In this document: positions 50,591-61,176 of the stretch, one piece after another
How the letters are laid out: the number at the start of each line of letters is the position of its first letter
Numbering within the stretch: position 1 is the first letter of the stretch
Source: Squalus acanthias
Taxonomy: Eukaryota
Assembly: GCA_030390025.1 (NCBI GenBank)
Contig: CM059431.1
Span: 144,338,001-144,402,000 of the forward strand
Reading direction: 5' to 3'
Length of the DNA: 64,000 nt
Program-made: the position numbers and the translations under genes
Notes under the pieces: generated by a model
The model's input: only the letters and a program-made list of their open reading frames with translations
Told to the model about the DNA's origin: nothing
Databases searched by the model: none

Positions 50591-51059
50591 GAAATAAAAA
50601 GTAAGAAAGGCTTTCATTTATATGGTTCCTTTCAAGACCTCAGGACGTCCCAAAACACTGTACAGTCAATTAATTACTTGTTGCAATGTAGTCACTGTTG
50701 TAATGCAGGAAATGCAGCAGCCAAATTGCGAGCAGAAAGCTCTCATTAAAGCATTGTGACAATTTGCAGATAATCTGTTTATTGATGTTGGTTGAGGGGT
50801 AAATATTATCCAAGGCACTTGGAGAGAATTCATTTGCTCTTGGAAAACAGTGTCATTTGATCTTCTAAGGAGAGGGCAAACAGGGCCCTCGGTTTAACGT
50901 CTTATCATAAAGACAGCACAGTTGACAATGCAGCAGCGCACCATCAATATTGCACTGGGAGTGTTGGCCTACATTTTTCGCTCAGTCTCTCGAGTGAGGT
51001 ATAAACCCACAGCCTTCTGACACAGAAGCGATAATGGTAACCACTCAGCCACGTCTGAC

Positions 51060-51330
51060 ATATGAGCCATGAAAGATTATGTATTGATTGTATGTCTAAT
51101 CAATAAAATCAGTAAAATTATTCAGAAAAAGGACAATTACTGACTCCATCCACCACCATTAATAGGTCCTGTGGAAGACATAACAAGCAACATCAGTTGT
51201 TCGCTGGCTGTACAACGTTGGAACTGAAATTGTTTTATTCACACAGTAAGATCTGAAAACCTCAATGCGGGATGATAAACTACATTGCTGACATACAAAC
51301 TTGTGATATTCAAGGCCAGGAAAAGACCAT
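51060..51330 (+). pseudogene. Arenavirid-like NP exonuclease-domain fragment
   Basis: LTPSTT..GPVED; YSH..QCGMINYI..IQG / YSH..QPGLLSYV..CQG. Confidence 0.5.
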
Positions 51331-51924
51331 ATGGTCTATCGAGCTTTCCTCATGCACTAATTGTGTAACTTCTACAAACGACCTCCACCATCCACCCACC
51401 AGATACACAAGCTCCTGGAAGTAGCAATAAAAAAAACACAAGAGGTAAATCCTTCGACCAATTTAGGTAACAATTCTTCGAAATTCCACTCAAACAATTT
51501 ACCTGTCAGCGATGGTTCAGTTGGTAGCACTCTCGCCTCTGAGTCAGAGGGTCTTGGTTTCACTGCAGGGATTTGAGCACAAAATGTCGATTGACGCATC
51601 CAGTGCAGTAATGAGGGAGCGCTGTGCTGTTCTGTGCTGTGGGTAGGTGCCGTATTTCGGATGAAGTGTTAAACTAATGACCCCAACTGCCCTCCCCGTT
51701 TTGACATAAAAGATGCACCGCACCGTTTCAAAGAAGAGCAGGAATATTCTCCCACAACTGGAGTCCTGGCCGTTATTTAACGCTGAACCAGCATCACTAA
51801 AACAGATGATTTGGTCATTTATCTCATAGGTGATTCTGAGAGCTTGCTGTGCGAAAATTAGCTGCCGTCTTTCCTTCTGTGCTGTCGAGCCATAATTCAA
51901 CTCAAAGTTCATCATTGCAATCCA

Positions 51925-53945
51925 TAAAACCATAGAATGATAGAACACAGAAGAAGTGCATTCGGCGCCTCGAGCCTGTGCCAGCTCTTGAAAGAGCTTT
52001 CCAAATCGTTACACGCTCCTGCCCTTTAACAATAGCCGTGCAAATGTTCCATTCAATTATTTATCAAATTCCCTTTTGAAAGTAAATTGTATCTGCTTCA
52101 GCCACACTTTCAGGCCCAACATTGGTGATAATAACAACTCGCTGCGTAAAAACAAATCCTCAAGTCGCCTCTGGTTCTATTACCAATCACCTTAAATCTG
52201 TGTCCTCTGGTTACCGACTACTCTTCCAGTGGAAACAGTTTCTCTTTAATTACTCTATCAACACCCTTCATGATTTTGAGCATTTGCATAAATTCTCCAC
52301 TGAAACTTCTCTGCTCGAAGGAGGACAACCCCAGCTTCACCAGTCTCTCCACATAACTTAAGTCCCTGATCACTGGTACCATTCCAGTTAATTTCTTCTG
52401 CACCATTTCTAAGGGATTGGCATCCATCTAAAGGTGTGGTGCCCAGATTTAACAAAATACTCCAGCTGAGGCCTAAACAGTGTCTTATAAAAGTTTTGCA
52501 CAACCTGCTTGTTTTGTATTCTATGGCTCTGTTAATAAATCCAATAATCCCATATGCTGTTTAACAGCCTTCTCAAATTGTCCTGCCACATTCAAAGATG
52601 TATGTACATACACCCCCTTTAAATTATACCATTTAGTTTATATTGTCTCTCCTCATTCTCACCACCAAAATGTATGACTTCACAGTTTACTGTGCTAAAT
52701 ATCATCTTCAATGCATCTGCCCATTTTACCAGTCTGTCTATGTCCTCCTGAAGTATGTTGCTATCCAACTAATGTTTTATTGCATTTCCTAGTTTCGTGC
52801 CATCTGAAAACATTGAATTATGTCCTGGGTACTGAAGTTCATTTCATTAATATAGACCAATAAGAGCAGTGCTCCCAAGTAACACGAGTCCCTGACGAAA
52901 AACGATTTGTACGCCCTTCCAGTCAGAAAAAAACAACTGTTCACCGCTACTCTCTGCCTTCTGTCCCTTAGGCAAATTCGTATCCATGCTGCCACAAGGA
53001 AATCTTGATACAATTGTACTGGGCCTTGGTGAGACCACACCTGGAGTACTGTGCACAGTTTTGGTCTCCTTATCTAAGGAAGGATATACTTGACTTGGAG
53101 CCGGTGCAACGAAGGTTCACTAGATTGATTCCCGCGATGAGAGGGCAGTCCTATGATGAGAGATTGTGTAGAATGGGCCTATTCTCTCTGGAGTTCAGAA
53201 GAATGAGAGGTGATCTCATTGAACATACACGATTCTGAAGGGGATTGACAGGGTAGATGCTGTGAGGTTGTTTCCCGTGGCTGGAGAGTCAAGAACTAGG
53301 GGGCATAGTCTCAGTATAAGGAGTAGGTCATTTAAGACTGAGATGTGGAGGTATTTCTTCACTCAGAGGGTTGTGAATCTTTGGACTTCTGTGCCCCAGA
53401 GGGCTGTGAATGCTGCGTCTCTGAGTATATTTAAGGATAAGATATATAGATAAATGGACTCTAGGGGAATCAAGGGATATGGAGATAGGGCGGGAAAGTG
53501 GAGTTGAGGTCGATGATCAGCCATGATCTTATTCAATGGCACGAGGGGCTGTATGGCCTACTCTTGTTCGTACTTCTTATGTTCTTATGTCGCTTTAGTC
53601 CCATGGGCTTTAATTTTGTTTACCAGTCTATTATGTGTTACTTTGTCAAACGCGTTTTGAAAGTCCCCATACACAACATCAACCGCACTACCCTCATCAA
53701 TCCTCTCCGCTAATTCATCAAAGAATTCGATCAGGTTAGACAAACACGATTTGCCTTTAGCAAATCCTCGCTGACTTTCATTTATTAGCCCATAGTTTCG
53801 CGAATGCGAGTTAATTTAGTCCTGGATTATTCTCTCTCAAAGTTTCCCCACCACCGACCTTAGGCTGACTGGTCTGTACTTGCCGGGTTTATCCCACGCC
53901 CCTGCTTTTTTTAACAGAGTTGTAACATTTTCAATCCTTCAGTCA
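51925..53945. mobile_element. CR1 (-) interrupted by a younger CR1 3' end (+, about 53000-53590)
   Basis: LVRPHLEYCAQFWSP insert with (ttcttatg)n tail inside a minus-strand CR1 RT. Confidence 0.85.
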
Positions 53946-53949
53946 GCTC

Positions 53950-54390
53950 AAAGAATTGCATAGACTGAGATTCTAAATAACTGTGATTGTGCAACTTTTT
54001 ACTCCACCCACAGGCAGATTGTTCCATGCGCTGGGCAAGCTTTAAAATACTTTAGCCCTTCCCGCCAGCTAAGGAGGTTTGGTTCTCCGGATTTAGGTAA
54101 GAATTTGTTTTTAATTAAATGACTGGGTGTGATTGTGGGAGTTGTAAGCCTGATATGGACGCTCCGGTTTTTGAAAAAAATAACTTTCCTTGCCGAATAT
54201 ACGCTCCCAAGTTGACAGAGTGATGGGATCTTGCAGCGCAGCGGGAGGTCAATCGGTCCATCGTTCCTGTACCGCTGTCCTGTTGGCGGGCCGGTTAATA
54301 TATCTATCACTGCCGTTGCAGCACATTTCAGTTAGGAAACTTTTGGAAGAACTAAAAATGGCCAACTATAATTCCGTAATTTACTTTTGA
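53950..54390 (-). pseudogene. Arenavirid-like NP core fragment
   Basis: DGPIDL..SLCQLGSVYSARK (54185-54224)/QGQVDL..ALTDLGLIYTAKY; ISG-YN; KSG..LAGG/KAG..LDGG; LK-SILKL/LKSILKV. Confidence 0.75.
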
Positions 54391-54904
54391 AAAACATTTT
54401 AGAATGGAGTATTGTTTCCAATTCTGGGCAGCACACTTTAGTGACATGTCAATGCTTTAGAGAGGGCGAAGAAGAGAATGACTAGAATGGTCGCAGGAAT
54501 GAATGGCTTTATTTGCACAGAGAGACAACAACAGCTTGGATTTTTCTCCTTAGATCAGAGAAGATTAAGGGGAGATATAACAGAGGTGTTCAAACTTATG
54601 AGGAGTTCTGTTAGAGTAAATAAGGAGGAACTGTTTCCAACGACCGAAAGTTCGGTACCAGAGGACACTGGTTTAAGATAAATGGCAAAAGTGACGAGAT
54701 GAGTTTTTTGTCATGCAACGAGTTGTTATGATCCGGAATTCACTGCCTCAAAGGGTGGTGGAAGCAGTTTCAATAGTAACTTTGAAAAGGGAATTGGAAA
54801 AAAAGTTGACGGGAGAGAAATCGCGGGCTATAGGGAAAGAGCAGGAGAGTGGGACGAGTTGAACAGCTCCTCCTTCTGTGCTGTATGATTCTATGATTTT
54901 ATGA

Positions 54905-55205
54905 TCTGAAACTTGGCTCCGTCTCCTTGCACTGCTGAACCCACGGGAATAATGTCCTGAAATTGGCACATAGGGCAAATGTCCTCTCGGCTAAAACCTG
55001 TATTTCTGAACAGCCCAAACAGACGCACGCTTGCAATGATTCCCTTTCGATTGCCCTTGCCCCCGAAAGCACTTGGCGATTTGTTGTTCTTGTTGTTGTG
55101 ACTGCCCTTTAATTGTCCCTGCCCCTTTAAATGTTGTTTAACAGCATTTTTTGTCAACTCTTTCCCCACACCAGTCTTGAGTTTGCACCTGCAGTTCTGA
55201 ACATT
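54905..55205 (-). pseudogene. Arenavirid-like NP core fragment
   Basis: KLKTGV/KLKSKV; GQL..SQQQEQ/GNLSSQQLDQ; RKGII..VWAV/RDGVVRVWDV; ISGHYS.GSAVQG/ISGYNFSLGAAVKAG. Confidence 0.7.
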
Positions 55206-55499
55206 TGAACTAAAAAAGGGAGGATTTAGAATTACTAGCCATCAGTGGGGGTAATCTTAAGTTAGAGCATCCCGTTTCCGATTAGATGCCTTTTCTAAAC
55301 CTCACAAGACTTTCCTTTCGTTCTCTTTATTATTCCATATTCCCTATTTAATATCACTTGCCGAATTTTAAATCAGCTCCTCTGGGATAGATGTGGACTT
55401 GTTGCGAAAATGCAAAAAGAAAAAGTAAGACGTGCAATTATATCGCACCATTGAGAGCTCAAGATGTCTCAAAGCACTTTATAGCCAATGAAGAGTAGA

Positions 55500-58400
55500 A
55501 ACGAATAGCGTAGGCAGAGCATGATATAGATGGAGGAAAAAGCGAAGCAGACTTTCATGGTGTTAAAATGCATGTCTTTTAATGTGAGCAGTGTAACAGA
55601 TAAGGTTGACCAGTTACAGGCGCAAGTTAACACATGGGTTATGAGGAAATGGCTGCAACGGAGAACTGGCTTAAACATGAGCAGCAACGGAAACTATACA
55701 ATCCTGGCTCCAATGTATTTCGTAGGGACAGGGAAGGAAAAAGACAGGCTGGTGTGGCAAGGATAATATTAAATTTCCACAGAGGGAAGATATCGTAGAG
55801 GGAGCAAAGACTGAATCTATTGGGTAAGAGTTAAGGAACAGAAAAGGACATAAGAACATAAGAATATTAAAAAAAGGAGCATGAGTAGGTCATTCAGTCA
55901 CTCGAGCCAGCTGCGCCATTCAATAATATAATGGCTGATCTGATCTTGGCCTCAACTCCACTTTTCTGCCTGTACCCCATTACTCCCCTGTGGTTCAAAA
56001 ATCTGTCTATCTCAGCCTTGAATATATTCAATGACTCCGCCTCCACAGCTCTCTGGGGTAGAGAATTCCAAAGATTAACGACACTCTGAGAGAATAAATT
56101 CCTCCTCATCTTCGTCTTAAATGGGCGACCCCTAATCTAAAATTATGACCCCTAGTTCTAGATTCCCCCACGTCGGGAAACATCCTCTCAGCATCTACCC
56201 TGTCAAGCCCCCTCAGAATCTTATATGTTTCAATAAGATCACCTCCCATTCTTCTAAACTCCAATGAGTAGAGGCCCAACCTGCTCAACCTTTCCTCATT
56301 AGAAAACCCCTTCATTCCAGGAATCAACCTAGTGAACCTTCTCTGAACTGGCTCCAATGAAAGTATATCCCTCCTTAAATAAGGAGACCAAAACTGTACG
56401 CAGTGCTCTAGGTGAGGTTTCACCAACGCCCTGTACAGTTGTAGCAAGACTTCCCTACGTTTATACTCCATCCCCCTTGCAATAAAGGCCAACATTCCAT
56501 TTGCCTTCCTAATTAGTTACTGTACCTGCATGCTAACTTTTTGTGTTTCATGTACGTGGACACCAGATCCCTGTGTTCCGCAAAATTTTGTAGTCTCTCT
56601 CCATTTAAATAATATTTTGCTTCACTATTCTTCCTACGAAAGTCGATAACCTCATATTTTCCGACATTGGCTGCAGATATAGTGGTTGCATTGTTTGTAA
56701 TCTTCAAAATTCCCTTGCCTCTGGAAAGCTCCCAGCGGATTGGAAAACTGCAAATGCAAGGCCCATATTCAAGAAAGGATGGAGACTGAAAGCAGAATAC
56801 TATAGCCCAGTTAGCCTAACTTCTGCCAGTGGGAAAATGCTGGAATCCATTAATAAGGAAGTAGTAGCAATAAATTTAGAAAATCATAATACAATCAAGC
56901 AGAGTCAACATGAAAGGGAAATCGTGTTTGAAAAATGTATTCGAATTCTTTGAGGATATAACGAACAGAGTGGACAAAGGGGTACCAGTAAATGTAGCGT
57001 ATTTGGATCACCCAGAAGGCATTCGTTAAGCTGCCACATCAATGTTTACTGCACAAGATAAGAGTTCATACTGTTCGGGTAATATATTAGCATGGATAGA
57101 GGATTGGCTTACTAACAGAAAACAGAGCGTCGGTTCAAATGGATCATTTTCAGGTTGGGAAACTGTAACTAGAGGGGTGCCACAGGGAACAGTGCTGGGG
57201 CCTCAACGAAGGGACCGACTGTATTGTCGCCAAATTTGTTGACGATACACAGATGGGTGGGAAAGCAAGTTGTCAGGAGGACACAAAGAGTGCAAAGGGA
57301 TATAGATAGGTTAAGTAAGTGGGCAAAACATTGACAGATGGAGTTGTTACCTTGCTGGGTGATTATTGCAGACCCCCAAACAGTGAGAAGGAGTTAGAGG
57401 TATAAATATGTAATCACATTTCAAAGAAAGTTAAACATAATAGAGCAGTTATTGTAGGCGACTTCAATTACCCCAATATAGACTGGGGGAAACAGAGTAG
57501 TGGGTAAGGAGGGTGAAGAATTCCTAAAATGTGTACAGGAGAACTACTTTAACTATTATGTTTCTAGTCTAATGAGGAAGGAAGCAGTGCTGGAACTAGT
57601 TCTGATGAATGAAGTAAGACAATTGTAATGCATTGCAGTGAGATAACTTCTAGATAATAGTGATCATAATATAATTAGATTTTTAATAATTATGGAAATG
57701 GACAACGGACAATCAATCGTGAAGATACCCAACATAAGGAGAGCTAATTACAATTATTTGAGAAGGTATCGAGCACAGGTAGACTGGAAAAAATGATTGG
57801 TCAGGATTACAGTAAATGAGCAATTGCTGGCCTTCAATGCAGAGATAGTTCATGTACAAACCAAATATATTCCCATAAGAAGGACAGATGGGCTATCCAA
57901 AGCTAGAGTTGCCTGGAGGACAAAGGAAATGGAGGTTTAATTAAAACAGAACAGGAGTTTTATGACAATATTTCAGGTACAGATTACTATCGAAAACCAC
58001 ACAGAATACTGAGAGTGCAGGGGGAAATTGAAATAGGATATCCGAAGGGCAAAGACAGAGTATGCAACGAGATTAGCGGGTAACGTAAAATGGGAAAACA
58101 ATATTTTATAAACATATGCAAAGTGAAATGATCGTTAAAGGAATGCTGAGACTGATTAGTGACAACGAAGGAACTCTTCTGGAAGCACAATAATTGACTG
58201 AGGTGTAATGGGCAGGCACATGGAAGATTCAATTTAATGGGGATAAGTGTGATGTGACACACTTTGGGGGAAAACAACTTGGAGAGGCAGTATAATCTAA
58301 CAGGTACTACTTTTCAAGGGGTGCAAGAGCAGAGATATCTGGGGTACAAAGCACAAATTCTTGAAGTTCGTAGGGCAAGTTGATAAGTAAATTAATAAGC

Positions 58401-59510
58401 ATATGGGATCCTCGACATTGTAAATAGGGGCATTGACAGGAAAAACAAGTAAGTCATGCTAGCCCTTTACAAAGCACTGTTTAGGCCTTAGTTGCAGTAA
58501 TGTGTACAATTCTGGGCACCACACTTTAGGAAGGATGTCAAGGCCTTGGAGAGGGTACAGAGGAGTTTTGCCAAGATGATACTGGGGATGAGGGACTTCA
58601 GTTATGTGGAGGGATCGGAGAAGCTGAGCGTGTTCTCCTAAGAGCCGTGAAGGTTAAAGGGAGATCTACTAGATTTATTCATAATTATGAGGGCTTTTGA
58701 TAGAGGCTGAACGGAGAAACTGTTTCCTTTGGTAATTGGGTCGGAAACCAGAGGTCATAGATTTAAAATAATTGGAAAAAAGAACTAGACTGGAGATTAT
58801 GAGAATTTGTTCCCACTCGGCTTTTTATAATCTGGAACGCACAACCTGATAGGATGGTTGAATCAGAATCCATAGGAACTTTCAAAGTCAGTTGTAGCTG
58901 TATTACAAGAGAAATAATTGGCAGGATTATATGGAAAAATCTGGGATGTGGACCTAAATTGGTCAGTTATTTCAAAAATCCAGCACGGGCATGACGAGGT
59001 AAATGACCTGTTGCGTAAGATTCTATGATTCTATGAGATTTAATAGAATGGCAGCAGGAGTGAAATATTTCAGTTACGTGGAGAGCCTAGAGAAACTGGG
59101 ATTGTTGTCCTTTGAGCAGAGCAGGTTAAAGGAAGATTTGATAAAGGAGTTCAAAATCAGGAAGGATTTTGATAGAGTAATTAAGGAGAAACGTTTTCCA
59201 GTGGCAGCAATGTCGGTAACCAGAGGACACAGATTTAAAGTTATTGGCAAAAGAACCAGAGGCAACATGATGAAACATGTTTTACGCAGCGAGTTGTAAT
59301 GATCTGAAATGCATTGCCTGAAAGTGTGGTGGAAGCAGTTTTAATAACATCTTTCAAACGGGAATTGGATCAATACTTGAAATAGAACATTTTGCAGCGC
59401 TGTGGGGAATGAGCAGGGAGTGGGACTAATTAGATAACTGTAGCAGAGAGCTGGCAAGGCACGATGGGCCTAATGGCCTTTTTTGTGCTGTATAATGTTA
59501 TGAATCTAAC
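55500..59510. mobile_element. Stack of CR1 fragments in both orientations
   Basis: Endonuclease, RT and 3' UTR motifs; ORF 56106-56495 is a CR1 C-terminus. Confidence 0.85.
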
Positions 59511-59794
59511 ATGTATCTAAGTACCTTCCAAGTGTAGTCGCTGCTGTAATGTAGGAAACGCTGCAGCTAATATGCCCACAGCTGGGTCCCACAAACAGTA
59601 ATGCGCTAACGACCAGATAATCTGTTTTTAGTGATGTTAGTTTAGGGAGCAATATTGATCAGGACAAATCCTCTGCTCAGTACTGCAACGGGAGGCTTAT
59701 CTCTTTGTTCAAGTCTCTACAGTAGGCCTTGAACCCACAATCTTCTGACTCATAGACGAGAGTGCCAACAACTGAACCACGGCGGACACTACAG

Positions 59795-60100
59795 TAAAGC
59801 AGGTGATAGTGAGTCGCCAGCCGGGTTTACACACCTACCAATGACTTCAGAACAAAGAAAAATGCGGAGAGATAAAACATCTGCGAATGATCTTCTATTT
59901 CCTATTTTACACTATCACACAAAGTCAAGATCAGGAGTAGTAATGAAATCTGAACCATTTACAACTGACACACACCTGGAATTGAAATTCAAAACTATCG
60001 ATCGGTATTCGCTGTGGGTCCCTAGCCCCTGGTGTTGTAAGCTTAATACTGACAGGGAACCCTAACAATGCTAGCAAAACTATGTGCCCTGCAAGCTAAT
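59795..60100 (+). pseudogene. Arenavirid-like NP N-terminal fragment (possible continuation at 61000-61175)
   Basis: QRKMRRDKTSANDL (59853-59894)/QRLMRKERRDDNDL; VMKSEPFTTDTHLEL/ILRVGTLTSDDLLIL. Confidence 0.7.
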
Positions 60101-60450
60101 AGAGAGGAAGATAGGATCAGAGGAAAGAAGATAGGAACATTGGAAGGAAGGAGGTAACATAGGAAGGAAGGTGGGAACACAGGGAGGAAGATAAGATCAC
60201 AGGAAAGAATATAGGAACATAGGAAGGAAGGTGGGAACATAGGCTGGAACATAGAAAGGAAGATCGGATGGAGGATAGGAAGACCGTAACATAGGAAAGA
60301 AGATGGGAACATAGGAAGGAAGATGGGAATGTAGGAAGGAAGTTAGGATCAGAGGAAAGAAGGCAGGAACATAGGAAAGAAGATGGGAATATAGGTTGGA
60401 ACATAGAAAGGAAGATAAGATGGAGGATAGGAAGAGAGGAACAAAGGAAG
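60100..60450. repeat. Purine-rich simple repeat (aggaacat/aggaag) expanded from the tail of the adjacent CR1 (60450-61000, -)
   Basis: Repeated ggaacataggaaggaag units abutting a CR1 3' end. Confidence 0.75.
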
Positions 60451-61176
60451 TAGTATCGGGCTACTCAGACCTTTGATCCTGTTTGGCAATTCAATTAGTT
60501 AATGGCTGGTCTATGTCTGAACTCCATTTAACCGCCTTAGTTCCATAACCCTTAATACCTTTGATGTACAAAAATGTACCAAATTCAGACTTTAAATTTT
60601 CGATTAGTCGCAACAGCTTTTGGAGGAGAGAGTTCCAGAAATCCACTACCCTTTGTGTGAAGAAATGCTTTCTGACATCACCACTGAACGGCCTAGCTCT
60701 GATTTGAAAATTTTGCCCCTTCTTTCTCGACACCCCACCAGTTGAATTAGTTTAATTCTACCTACCCTATCGACTCATTTTGTCATCTTAAAAATCCCAA
60801 TTAGCACACTTTTTAATCTGCTACATTCAAGTGAATATCCATGCGTGTTCTATGCAACCTGTCCTCATAATTTAAACCTTTTACCCGCGGTAACATTCCG
60901 GTGATTCTGCGCTGCACCCCCTCCAAGGCCAATATAACACTGCTGAGGTGCAGTGCTCAGAACTGAACGCAGCACTCCAGATGTATCAAAGGCTTTACCT
61001 TCGCACATTGGTGGTGCGGTGTCCTGTAGTCCAAGGACGTGGTCAGTCGACCTGGGGTTAACGTCGTGGAATTCAGAAAATGAATGCAGCGACCCCACAC
61101 GCTGCCAGTAAAATAATGTTTGAGTAAGCAGAAGGTAAGACTGGCCGATCAATTATTTGGTGTTCTATCCAGTTGT

